Position numbers and translations under genes: made by a program. From contig OZ037765.1 in NCBI GenBank assembly GCA_964035545.1, forward strand, positions 9,310,698-9,374,697: a DNA stretch of 64,000 bases. Direction: 5' to 3'. Every line of letters starts with the position of its first letter. Positions within the stretch are counted from its first letter, which is position 1. Below are positions 1-14,162 of this stretch, one piece after another. The stretch is from Bugula neritina. Taxonomy: Eukaryota; Animalia; Bryozoa. The notes beneath the pieces are model-generated. The model searched no databases. It had not been told where the DNA came from and saw only the letters and a program-made list of their open reading frames with translations.

Positions 1-1887
1 GGAATAACTTTAAATTCTAGCTTCAAAAATTTCGCAGTAATCTGCTCAATAGTTTCAGAGCCCTTTATGCGGGTTCTGAATAGTTGTCTTTGCTCACTAA
101 CATTTTTGCGAATAATGTCTAATCTCGAGAAAGGCAAAGAAACACGCCAAGCTTATTTGTTTGAATGGTGGAGTTATCACACTTAAGACATGGTAGAATA
201 ACTAGCTTTATTGATTTATAATTGAGTCTATACTCTATGGTCTATATTATTATATAACCACTCAGTTATATTTCAATGGGTCTAATCATACCCAGGAAAG
301 TAACTGGTAACCCTTTGGGTTTTGGCCATACCTAAAAGTTGAGATTGCTTGAGGAACCATATTTTAACTGGGAATGAATTTCTAAGCATCATAGCATTTT
401 ATTGTTTGATGGTATATATAAATTCACAATTTTTCAAAATAGCACCAAGGAATTCCTGAGTTGAATTCAAACCAAACGTAAATAAGGGAGAACTCATGCA
501 CAACCACTGTGTTGTTTGGACAGGGCACAGTGATTAAATTAATGAAGTCCTTTGTTACTCATTTTTCAGCATGCATCAATTAATCTGTTAATTAGCTGTA
601 CAAGTCTTCTTAGAAAGCATATTGGAAAAAATTTTGCCCCAAGGTAAAAAAATTTGAGTGGTCATGGTAAAACACGAGTTCTGACATAAATGATACCTAC
701 TTGTCCCAAGTTAAAAAGCAGTTTAAACTAATTAACATTTTAAGCTTTATCAACTCTGAAGATGATCTCTGTGCAAAGATAAATTAAGACAATGAATCAC
801 TAAGCAGGTTGGAAATAGTGCACATTGCTAGTTCTACATTATTGTTTGCAATAGACAGTAGCTATTGGAATCACTTACACTTTTAGGAAGCTATTATATA
901 TCTATTTAACGACACAGCCTAGCTATTACAGCTACACTAACTACGTGAATATACAGTTATGTTATGTGAATAAAGTGAAAAAAACTGCAAAAAATTTTTA
1001 AACATATTTTATTTGGTTAAAATTGTCTGCTACTACATATTTTAGTTGCAGATATATCCACTATCAGGTTTTTTGTAAAGTTTTAGCAATGACCACCAGT
1101 GCAATTGAAAACATGAAAGATATTTGTACTAGAATTCTTAACTCAGTAAAATTTCTCTGGAACTCAATTAAATTTATGTCTAAAACATAGTTCAGCACAA
1201 ATAGAAACTCTAACATTGAGTTAAGCAGGTCTAAGGTTGAGTAAATCAGTAAGTAGAATTATAATTCATTGATTAAAAAGACAAGATTGTTGAAACAACT
1301 GAAAATAGTCAAATTCTCCACTTGTTGAAAACCCTAAGTTTCTAGAAAGATTGTGAAAGTGAGTATTATGATCTCTGTGACACATGATAAAGTAAGAGAT
1401 ATGGCAAAGTCGCACACAAAAATTAGTGAGTAATTACAAATATTTACATTGAAAATATTATATTCATTTTTATGGATATATGTTGGCCAACTAGCTTAAG
1501 TAAAAAACGGTCACAAAATTAAGTAGAGCACTACTAAGTTTACTGGATGCTGGAAAAGATGAAAAATTGAAAATATTCTTTGTGTACAAATAAGTAGGGA
1601 TAAGTTAAGTTGTTTTAAAAAATCTATAAACTTATCAAACAGCTAGCCACTTTTACAAATATATATATAGAGAACCTAAATATTAGTTACTACTCCTTAT
1701 GAATATGACTACTTCATGAAATATATAAATGAATTCAAAATTGAATAAGAAAATCTTGAACTGTAGAAAAATGTGATTTCAAAGTGATGGGATTAATTTC
1801 TGCTCATCTAAGCAGCTGTAAAGCAAAAGTCTGCCATAACTGTATATTTACACCCAGTAAGATTATCTCCACAGTGATATATCTAGC

Positions 1888-4800
1888 TCATGTCTTCCTC
1901 ATACTACCCTGGTACATGGGGTTTTTAAATGTAGATGTAGCTTCAACATATATTGGATTTTTCGTCTACAAATCAAACAGACACATAACACATCATTAGA
2001 GTTTTTGAGCTTTGTTATCATAAGTATTTATAAAAAAGACTGTCCATAATATAGCCTGTGATACTAGCACACAGCAATATTGTAATTTTCATAAAAAGTC
2101 TCTTGAGCCGTCCAACCAAAGATTTCTAAATAAAAATTGAATTTTTTTCTGTAAAATTTATGTGGCAAAAATATTATTGAAATATAAAAATAGGAGATGA
2201 CTCACGGTGTTCCATTGAGCTTGCTTTCGTTCTTTCTCTAAGTTAGCAAAATCTCTTCTGTCATTCAACGTAGCACACAGCCTCCATATAAGGAGTGCGA
2301 CAATGCCAAGGAATACAATACCGCCAACAACACCAGCAACCAAAGCCACTATGTTCACTTTATAGACACATGCTGGAAAAGATGGCAGTAGTACTCACAA
2401 TATACTGTAACATCACATCTGTGGTTTACAACCAGTATACTTGTACATAAACCTTTCTGCAAAATGTGTGTTTTAACAATTAGTTTTATTAATATATACA
2501 TTTCATAGCTTACCCTTATTTTCTTCTACATAAACCATATACCCGGATCTAGGCACATGCTTATAACCGTATATGATTTTACATCCTGTGTCAGACTGAG
2601 AAACATCGCACATTTTCAGGTCTACAGAAAACAATTATAGTAACTCAACCAAATTGAAGTTTAAAATGCATAAATACTATTTTGAATAAAATCTTACACA
2701 CAAAAAAGATTATAGTATAAAAAAACTTCCATGTAATAGTTTTTCCTAGATCCCATAGCAACATAGGTTAAAAACATGTAGTGATTCAGATAATATGAGT
2801 GAAAAGTCTATATGAATAGCTTACTAGCTCGTTCAGCTGGATCTATTTTGTCCACAAGAGTGAAGCTTGGAGTGGTGCCATTACTGCACATTTGTTGGCA
2901 AGCCTCAGCATCAAACGCCTGGGGTTCCACCTGCTCATGAAAGAAGCACAGGGTGCAATCTTCATATAGCCTGTAAACATACACAACACACATGTCAACA
3001 AACACTGACTTTAGCATATTACAATATAGTAACAAGTTAACTAGAAGATGTTTGTACAATGCAAGTATTTATGTGATCTGTGACATTGGTTATACTATGA
3101 TTGCTGTTTACATTGTAGTCTCCTATTTATTACACACTATTACTATTTCCATTACACACTATTACTATTTCTATTACACAGTAATTGTATTTTTTATTAC
3201 ACGCTATTTTACATTACTGCATTTAGTGTGCCTAAACATTCAATCTAATAAGCCAGCATCCACCACACAGACATCATCAATATTACTGAATGTCCATAAA
3301 CCAATACAAATTACACGTGACATCACAAATGTCAAGCAAAACACAAGGTTTAAAGGCACTATTGAGCACAACAATAATCAACATAAAATAAATATATATA
3401 TGACAAAGTTATATATATTTATATGTATATAACTTTGTCATATATATGACAAAGTCAACAGTCACTGTTAAAATAAAACAGTGACACTGAGACTAACTTA
3501 CCGACACTTGCTAGCACATGTCGAACACTCCTCACAGTACTGACCAGTGTACCTCTCTCCGACATTTCCTACAGGCTTGTCACATTCGCACACACCACAT
3601 TTACATATACCACGGTTGCTGCAAACCTCCTACAAAGTTGCATCAGCACCATTATTTCTGTTCAATTGATCTCAAGATTTGAACTTGAAACAAGGCGTGC
3701 TTTGCTAGAATATTAGGATGAAAAATTAAATTGGAACTTCATAAATACAAAGCTAGATAAATATAGTCATAGTAAAATAATAATATTTTAGTTTACAGCA
3801 TTTGACAATTGTCTGAATGATGGTCCAAAATCTATTTCAATAACAAATCAAATACTTTTGTTCACAATACGACACACAACTTATAGTAACTAGCAGTTTT
3901 CAATAATAAAAACAAATTTGCTATTACAGGATGTTTATACAAACTTAGATGTTTAATACAAAAATAAATGAAGACCTTCTTTTGAAAAAAATTATCCTGT
4001 CCTAAAACTTAATTTTCAGAGAGAAAGCATTATTTATAAGAAAATGCTTTTTGCCAGAGCTATATGCTAGGAGTTGTGTACACTTGTGACACAAAGAGAG
4101 AGCACAGATAAAATCTTACCATAGTGCTCTTATCGGCTATGCACTGGTCTTGAGATACTGGGCACTGGCAGTCATAACCCTCATAGCCAGGTTCACAATA
4201 GCACATGTGTACTGCTGTCACCTTGTCACAGTGACACCTTCCGTGATCTGAAACAGGAAATTTACTGACTATAAAACAAAATTATGAAAAGATATCCATT
4301 ATTGAATGTAATTCCACACACACATAATGTTACGAATTACACATAGCCTAACTTATGGCAACACCTCATAAAAAAAACTTATAGTAATTCCTTATGTTTA
4401 CATATAAATTTGAAAAAAAGCTTTTGATGTTATGTTGGCTAATGATTAGCAATTTTTTATCAACCAACCATTTTTACATGTCTCTCTTCATTTATATTTT
4501 AAAAATCAGCATATGTTCCAATCAGCATATCATAAGATCATAACAACATATTACAGCATGTTTTATGCATTAGCAAGTACATGACTTTTTGTTCTCAATA
4601 TTCCTAATAATATATAACATAGATGATATAAAGCCACAAATAAACACACACTATCCTATTCATTAGTATGTTGCTAATAAATATGATAATAAAAACAAAC
4701 ATCATTAGCATAAGTTAATGGCTAGAACTCTACTGTTGGTAGTTGTAGCTGCAGCTAAACAATATAACAAATACAAACAGAAATCTGCTAATAATTGTCT

Positions 4801-7800
4801 AAAATAAGGTACCTAGAGTCATGTTGGTGTAACACTAACCTGGACCAGAGCAGATAACTCCCTTACTGTTTCTAGGACAGTTATCTGGATTACACTGACA
4901 GTAATCTCCGGTGTATCTTCTGCAGTTATCTTTATCTACAGAGCCTGGCAGACAGTCACATGTCTCGCACTTACCGCACACACATTCCCCGCGCCCAGAG
5001 CAGGGCAGCTGATTCTGTGTAGAGTTGGGTCTGAAATATACAGAAGTCAAGAGAATAGAAATGAGTATATAACACACAGACACAACTACCACAAACAACT
5101 GATATATAAAGATATAAAATAACACAAAACACTTGCCATCTAGAAATAGCAAACGCCATTTTATAAATGCTTATGAAATGCTTGTACATTTTACAAAATG
5201 TGAATAAAGTTTCTGATTTCATCCTCTAGATTTTAATAAATCTCGATTAATGTTGATCTATTATGCAACCCAAATCTTAAACTAACATTTTGAACTTGCA
5301 TAACTAAATAAACTCCATTTTTCCAAAAAATGTATAGCCTTTATAAGTTAGAACAATATTCAAAACACCACAGAGCACATTTGAGGTGTAACTGATACAT
5401 GTGTGCCTGTATTGACAACGAAGGCAACATGACACAATCTAATACAAATTCAAATGGTGTTGTGGCCTATAAATAAATATATACCCAAGTGGAATAACCA
5501 TTAGCAGAACTTACAACAGTTTTACATAAAGATAAGACAACTCTCTCACCTAATACAAGGGGAATCGAGTTCAGTAGTATCAATTCCAACAGCCAAGTTA
5601 TCACACTGACAAGTCTCACCGTAGTAACTAGGACCACAATCACAGATTCCGCATTCATAGGTGCCAATGGACAGACATGCAGGGCTATTCTCTTCCTATT
5701 AACATATTACTTATCCATGAAAATTCACTAAACCTGGGGGCATGTGTACTTTTCAGCATTAAAATATGGAGTTTGAAGTTGAGTCAGGTCATTACAAGCC
5801 CAAACCACAACAACAGAAATTATATCATTCACAAATCATATCCAAGACTTGCTCGCTAGCAAAAATTTAGAAATACATCATTTAGCTGTAAAAGCAAAGA
5901 GGAAAGCCAACTTCATCAATTTATATAATATATATTATCAATATTATATCATGTTATATAAATTATTTCAACACTATTTGTTATGGTATCTTAAGTGAGT
6001 AGTTGCTATGGCAGAAGGAGCAGCAGCAACATATTCTCTGTACTCACCCGGTCACTGCAGACGCAGGAACAGTCGACCTCAGCTGTAATCTTCAGAGACT
6101 CAGTCAGGCCGATAGGATATATTTCCACGGTTTCGCTGGTCCCACCATTAGCACAGGAAGTAGCTTGCAGCTCCACCTCAAACTTGACTGATGACCCGGG
6201 AGACAAAGAGTCACATGACGCTGAGGCAGCAAAGTCACCGCTACAAGCAGACGGCACCATGTTACAGAAGTAGCAGACATAGCAGAGAGTAAAACAGAAA
6301 TCATACATGTTGACTAAAAAAATAATTTCACATAATGGCTAAATGCATCACAGCTAATAATATTTCCATATAAATGGATATTTTATAATAGCAAAATTGG
6401 AAGTTTTCATAAACAATAAAAACCTAGTAAATTTAACAGATAAAAAACCAATGTTTGTGCATGCAGAAATAAACGGCTAAAAAGGAAGTATCCATTCAAA
6501 TAACTAAAACAAGCAAGATCCTTAAAATTATGGCCACTCATGCAGGGAAAATTAATTGCCAGATGCCAAGACTGAGTAAATATATAAAATGACAAGCGCA
6601 AAAATATATACCAAAAGCAGTAAAAAGCTGAGTTCATCTCAATAATAAAAAATAAAAACATGCAATGAAGCGCATATTTTGCAAATGAACTATTTAAAAT
6701 TTCTATATGCTCTATATGCCAGTGTTCTGGAAATCAGTCTACTGAAGCTATTTCCTAGAATTATAGAGTGAAAACTGACACCATGCTAATTTCTATGCTA
6801 AGCCAAGGTTGCATCTTTTACTAAAACCATTTTTTGCTATCAGTATCTAAATTTTAGATCAAAATAATGCATTTCACCTAAACCAGCCCAAGAGCCCTAC
6901 ATAACAGATAGTCGTCTATTATTAACCGTTATTTGGGTATAAAGCCAGCCACCCCCATTTTATTTAATATATCAGGGTTTGTATACAACCGCAACCATAC
7001 ATTGAACAATAAAGTAGGATATGTGTTACAATATTAACTTAGACAATATAAGTGAAGACAATGTAAAGGATGAACATGTAAAACATATAAGAATTGTTCT
7101 GCTTACCTGAAGGTGGTACTGAAGAAAAATAATCAAAGAGAATGGTTACAAAGACAATCAGTTGCTTCCAAAATAGTGTGACAAATAATACATCAAAAAA
7201 AGACATCATTTTAGAGAACAATGCAGTGACGGGAGTTGTACCCAACTTACCTGTTGTCGCAATCAGCTCGAACTTGTAGTTTCAGGTATTCATTTCTCTT
7301 CTCTCCCCTTCGCACTGTCATTTCAACTTTCGATGATATTTTCTGCAACATTATATGATTTGAATGACAGCCATATCGCGATGATCCATTTCACAAATAA
7401 CTAAGAAGTCAAATGTTTGCCAGAAACTTAGAACTTTACATGGATAGTTACACAACTGGACACTGAAGAGAACCTGTGCAGTATTACTTGCTACAGCCTT
7501 TGCATTCATTCCTTAACTCTAGAGTCTAGCAAACAGGGGGGGGGGGGGGCATAAAATTTGTTCTTTCCCAACTAATATCTTATAAAGAAGAAGAATAACT
7601 ATTTTACTGGTATCAAACCTCGTAGTTTTCTTTTACAAGTTTCACAATGTTACTGGAATCACCAGCCAACTCTCCAAACACAGAGCCAGGAATGATCTCA
7701 CTGAGCAGCTTGTATCTCTGAGTTTGTGAACTGGTAACAGCAAATATCACATTGATTCTGTTCTCCGCCACTTTGGAGGCAATTTGACTAATACTCGGGT

Positions 7801-10800
7801 AGTCCTAACAACGGAAACAATTGAAAAATATATCACTAGCTATAATAAACTAGTGTTTAAAAAATATATAAACTATAGATTCACAAACATAATTTAGCCG
7901 GACTCATTAACTCAGTTATCCACATTCATTAGCTTTTAAAATTATTTTTGAAATTTACACTGAATCAATAAAATGAACTGAATAATTGTGTGGCAAAAGC
8001 AGAAACATTCAGCCAATCAACCATTAAGCAACAAATAAAATGGGCTTATCGCTGAAATTATTTGCTCTACATTTCAAGAATTAGACACCTGTAAGGAACG
8101 CTCACTCTTTGCTGTAGTCTGAGCAAGCATTACATTATTCATTTTATCCACATTAAAAAGATTTCGAGAAATTCTAGCCAAAGCAACACTGTATCATATG
8201 TGTGGCTCACCTGCTTATCAGCCCAAGTATACTCCCCATTAACCATGTGACATTGGCCATCATTTGGTTCGATAACTCCACCAAGCTACAACACAATGAC
8301 ACTGTACTAGCGTTTCTCTAAATAATTAACTTTAAAAGACAAATTTAAAATCCCTTCAAAATGCCTGTTGTTTTGTATAGCAATTAGTATCTTTTGAATA
8401 GCCAATGGATTATAAAAATGTAATTAAAGGCAACATTTTCAATTGATGAGTAATGCATACACAAGAAACATGAAAAGTTAGAATGAAAACCAAATTTGAA
8501 ACTCAAAAGCTTTTCTGAATAATAGGAAATTGAGTAACACAACCTTTCCATCTCCTGCAGAATGAAAAGAAGCATCGGTAGAGAAGATAAGCATCTTTCT
8601 AGAATTTTCTCTCCAGCCAATTGACTGCAAAAGTATCATTGTAATGAATATGCATTGAATGTAATACTTAAAAGGGAAAATCTAAAAAAAATTATAGAAA
8701 AACCCCTCCTGAAAATGCTGATAAACGTGATTATTACTCTTAACTCTTATTACTACTATGTCATGTAAAAACAGCATATTATACCTTGATTAATAAAAAA
8801 GTAATAAAAGCTGTTTGAGAAATTAAAAACTGGCAGTGCGAAGAACAAATGTAACTAATGGTGTTCAATGTGAACATAAATATTTACCAACCTTGTTGCA
8901 CACTATCGCTTGCATGAGCGCATCAAATCCTCCCTCTGGTTCATCCAGGTTACCAGATATCATAGTGTCGTTCACCTTCTGACCAAATTCGGCAGTGTCA
9001 TCAGACAAAGAGAGACGGTGCTTGAAGCTGTATGGACTTTCACAGCCAGTGCACGGTGAGCGCAGCCTGGCCTCTAGCGTGTTCACATACGGCATCAACA
9101 CTTTGTCCACAAATGAGCCAAAACCTAGCTTGACATCCTTAGTTATTTTTCTCATCTCATCAGCTGCCAATTGGATAAGAAACTAAAACTTGTGACAGTA
9201 GAAATCTCTGGACCGCAGCTCAGCTAAGTCAGTTACTTGCACATCATATTTTTATAATCATTCTGAAAGCTGTACTTTGTAAACAAGAGGGGAAATGATT
9301 CATAAGTCAAGAAAAGATGAACTATAAAATAGTATATACAGTTGAGTTAATAAATGTTATTATCTCAGCCAGAAAGCCATGGAAGGGGGCCAAGAGGGCT
9401 ATTATACATTTAGTTTTATTTCAATGGGTAAGAAATGGCAGTTGGACGGTCTCTTAAAGGAAACTTGTAGTTTTCATCTGAAGCAAAATTTGATTTATAA
9501 ACCAAGTTCCTAAAGCTACCCCTCAACAAGTTATTCCCTTCTCAAATCACACACAGAACTTTAAAATCTATGCTGATAGAGGGTTTATATACTCTATAAA
9601 AACAGACTGTTTCCATTTTATCAAATATTCATGGCATGTTCATATTTTTCCTGAAGCTACTTCAGACAAATCAATACAAAATTTAATAACTATACTAAGT
9701 TTGCTAAATAACCAAATTATGCCCTTTAAAAAGAATTGTAGTAGTAAATTCAATAGAATTTGTTCACTTAAAAAGGCTAGCTACTACGAATAAAATATTT
9801 AATGACTTTTATCAATCTGCTGAAAGCTTATGTAACATCTTACAAATATGTGTTTTGAAAGGGCCAGCAGCCATTAAAGTTAAAAGATGTATTAAAATTG
9901 TGCCAAGAAAACGATCATGATAATTATTATATCATTGTTTTCAATAAGTTGCTTTTATCATAAAAACAACCATTTTCAGGCGAATAAACCTGTTGAAAAT
10001 CAAAAAGGCATAAATTCAGCTTGAAAAGTTGAGAAATGTTACTTATCACAATACCAACCTAGAGTAATGCCAAGGTTAGCCACATTCTGTTTATCATCCA
10101 ACATAGACTGAGAGAGGTCCATAAGATAGTACAGATCCACGGGGTAGTCTTTAGCCAACCTGAATGTCAGAGGTATTCTCACTTTCTCATCTGAAAAGTA
10201 TCACATAAAAATTATCACAGGTGAAGTAAAAGTAGCCTAGAAATAAGGCAAGTAGCTGGTCAGTGTACTGTAAACATTATCACACACAGTGTATCCCTGA
10301 AAGGCGGTAATGCGTGAATAACACAACTCGCTATCACTATACATTCATGTTATGGAGTCATGTTACGTTGGACAAGTTTATATTTTTGTGTACTAAATGA
10401 ATGATCAACATCATTTGTTACAGGCAGTTAAATCTAATTTACAAATATGTGTCAGCAAATTTTGTCAGCTAAAACAGCTGTTTTATGACAGCAGATGTTC
10501 ATCGCCCACTACCAATGATGCTCTAGCATAGACTGTACACTCTTGACTCAGTACTTATAGTTATATTTATACTGCTAGTGACCAAGTTACACTACAGTGT
10601 ATCAAACTTTGAACACATGTCTTCGGAAAGAATAAGAATCGTACTTGGCCTGAGTTTTACACTGACTGCTTGTGGAGAAATCTGTATAGCTGGCCTTGAA
10701 CTTGTTGCATCGCTTACAGGATCATCCTGCAACACGATTGGATAATCCAATATAAACAGAGTATTTGAAATTAAGTTCACTGAATTACCATATAGGTAAA

Positions 10801-13800
10801 TATTACATTACAACTATATTCTTTAATTGTTGGCGACATTCTTAGATGTTTAGGATTTGTCCCCTATTAGTACAGAACTGATTTATACATAATGTACAGC
10901 ACTGTTCGCTGCATACTGATATTTATAAAGATATATGCACTGGATACAATGTATTATACATCCACAACAGAAAAAAAAATAAATGGGGGTGAGAGGGAGG
11001 GGAATAGGTTTTACATTTCCTTTCATAATGAACTAAAGTTTAGTTGATTGACTAAACACTTATTAGTGGCTGATTTTATGCATCACTACTTTGAGCATCT
11101 GAACAAAAACATCAAGCAGCTGTGTGAACAATAAATTGGCTTCCCTGTTGAATATACAGTAACATATCAGTAGCACTGCTAGTAGCTACAGCAAGTAAAC
11201 TGCTACTAGTAAGCTACAGCTAGCAAACTACTACTAGTAAGTCACTACTAGTGCTACTGCTTATATTGTAATACAAATAAAGTCTACTGATATCAATACA
11301 GCCTTAAAAAATTCGTTTGTGTAGGATTGCTAAATCTAGAAGTTCTCAAACATTTAACGTTTCAACATTGCCGACACTGAGAATGTTAATGACACTCACC
11401 TGTATACTGGGATATGTTGTGGTGATGTTAGTGATATTATCCACGCCACATTTCTGACTAACCAAATTTTCATAAGTGTCACACCGTTTATCTGATGAGC
11501 TCCAGCCTGTTGCATCCTAAAATACAGCCATGTACAATATTAATCATCAAGACATGAAGGGCTGACATCAACTCAGAATGACTGACAAAAATATTCGACT
11601 AGGCTTCTACGCACGTCTTCAAAACCCTCATGACAAATTTGTATTCTTCTATTCTTTATAGAAACATCCGGTGACTGAAGGCAATAAACTTAATGCTTTA
11701 AACTGCTTAGTTTGACTAGAAAATTTGAATATGTAAAATCTTGGTCAGCTGACCAGGTGTGTCCTATTTAAGACTAATTAGTAAGTACTGAAGCCTGTTG
11801 GCAGCATGTAGTTCTAATAACTGGATGACACATGCTAATTTCTTGTCTATTACTGCTGTAGAGTCTTATTTAGGATATCAAAAGTGAAATTAACATTGAG
11901 ACTATAGTTGCTTGAATTCCAGAGCAGTCCGTGTCAATTAGATTGAGGAAAAACAGCTGACGCACAAAGACCTTTAGGACATAAGTCCAAATCTACTGGC
12001 TAGAAAAATAAACCAACATTTTTGGCAGCTGAGATCATACTTTTAGTTATTTCATCTAGTAGATGTCAGCTAAATTTTCAATGCCAATAGATTATAAAAT
12101 GCACATACAAGGAACTGTTTTATATGAAACTGATCTTTCCTGCATCTCAAATTCCGATAAGTCAACGTCAGTGAAAAGCAACATGAACTCAGACAACTTT
12201 CATATATTTACTTGATGTTAAGAAATATTAAATATACCAGATTCAATCAATACCACCAGCCTTAACAGAGTTCAATTAGTGCTGTCTGCACATGTAACAA
12301 TTAAATTATGCAACTGATACAGTATCAGCACTCCCCCAGGATAGTTTCGGCCATCAGACTTAGTAGTTTGAAGTTTACATGTTATGATAATCAAAACAAC
12401 ATAGCAGCAACTGTCTAACAGATGCTATTAAGTAGGATGAGTATTCTAGTTTAGCTTAAGTTCCAATTTTTGGTCTGATATTTGAATTTAAAGCTTTTCT
12501 CAAAGGCAGATCCTTACCCATGCCAAAATATTCACTAGAACCAACACCATGTGGAAAAATAACTTTGATAATTCACACCTGTTTCAAAAAACACTGTATA
12601 GTAATAAATACTGTATACAGTTAGTAGTAATGAATCATCTCATCCTTATTCTTCATTTGCCTAAACTGCTGCATAAACTGCATGACTACACCATAGTTTT
12701 CATCTCCATGGTAACCACGAGTAATTAATATTTCTGCTTTATGAACAAGAATCTTTATTGAATAAGTTGCTTCAAGTTTAGCAATGTGATAGTAGATCTA
12801 TAATGTTCAGTGGTAACATTTACAATATGTATATCTGAAACCTTTGTTCTGCAAGCAAGCATATATCTAAATTGAAAATCCCAATCCAATATTTTTAGCA
12901 AATAAACAATGAGCTGGTTTAATTTTGGTTTTTGAGTTTATATGAATTAGAAGCTGAAGATTCTAAAACTAATTTTAAAAAATCTAAAAATGAACATCTT
13001 TCTGACATTTCAACACAGTTTTAGCCTTAGATTTTAAAGCTTCTTCTAAATATAAAAATATTTCTTTTCCAATATCATCTAAAACTCTGAAGCCAATTTA
13101 GACAACAGTTTCCTGAAATTTCTAAAGTGTACAACTAAACTTGACTTCGATTGACATTATATATAAATTGAATTTAGCTCTTTTTGTGTTACTGTTGTAT
13201 ATTTGTATTTTTTTGTCCTTTTGTTTTTTTTTGATGGAAATAAAGAAACAAACAAACAAACAAACAAACAAAATCATATCTGAAATGTTTCCAAATTTCC
13301 ATCACTACAACCAGTAATATTCCAATTGAACATTTAGAGAAAGTCTAGTTTAGACAAGAGGTTTTCCATTCTAGGTCTAAAGATCTAATCATAAAGGTTT
13401 CTAATGTAGTTTTATACTTTTAGAGTTTTATACTTGATTTTCTAAACACCCAGACACCTACCTGAGAAGGTTTGGCTATGCACCAGTTGCACATAGGATT
13501 AGCTGCCATACATTCTGTACAGTTTCTGGCAGCATTGCATGCAGAGATGACAGCTGATGCTAAAACAAATATTATTCTTATATAATATAGTATATTGGTA
13601 TATAATATAGTATGATGTTATATAATATAATGTAGTATGATGTTATATAACATAGTATGTTGTTATATAATATGGTATAATTTTATATAAACTAGTACAT
13701 TAATATACACAGTCCATCTAAATTCTAAAACTTCAAAATAAATTTATGTCTATGAACAGCAATTTTTGCCTAATCCAACTCTCCAAAAACATATGTTCAT

Positions 13801-14162
13801 ACAGTTTATAAACAAATCACAATATTATTTTAAGCCAAATATTTTTATCAGCAAAAAATATTAATAATTGAATATTTTTAGTGTTGCAACAAACACAGTT
13901 AGTGTTGCAACAAGCACAGAACAGGACTCTTGGATAAAGAAACCCCAGTTATGATAAGAATAAGATCCCAGCAAGCAGAAGTTGAAGACCAAACACAACA
14001 CATAAAGTTGTAAGGCTAAGTAAGCCTAAATCTTTGCAACTACTAGTACTTGGGGTAGTCCCTACAGCTAGAACACTCACATGCCAGTTGAGCATCGACC
14101 TGTACATCTACTATTGTAAGTGAGATCAATAGAAGAATGGATATAAATGGGTAAGTATTCAT
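1888..14162 (-). CDS. ITGB: Integrin beta subunit (multi-exon, beta1/betaPS-like)
   Basis: Exons (minus strand): 14081-14162 (signal peptide [25 protein letters not shown]), 13462-13559 ([23 protein letters not shown]), 11400-11516, 10645-10726, 10059-10190 ([21 protein letters not shown] DxSxS), 8892-9163 (LGFGSFVDK...[15 protein letters not shown]), 8544-8624 ([26 protein letters not shown]), 8211-8285 ([13 protein letters not shown]), 7619-7804 (DYPS), 7251-7342, possible microexon 7107-7118, 6048-6240, Cys-rich I-EGF exons 5550-5695, 4840-5030, 4120-4247, 3502-3629, then 2825-2970, 2514-2621, TM exon 2206-2372, last exon 1888-1965 ([25 protein letters not shown], two NPxY motifs). Confidence 0.97.
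3394..3455. repeat. Short palindrome / inverted triplication in an integrin intron
   Basis: ATATATATGACAAAGTTATATA is followed by its reverse complement TATATAACTTTGTCATATATAT, then by a third, forward copy ATATATATGACAAAGT. Confidence 0.8.
13575..13692. repeat. Degenerate AT-rich tandem repeat
   Basis: Several imperfect copies of about TATAATATAGTATGATGTTA in the first coding intron of the integrin gene. Confidence 0.65.
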
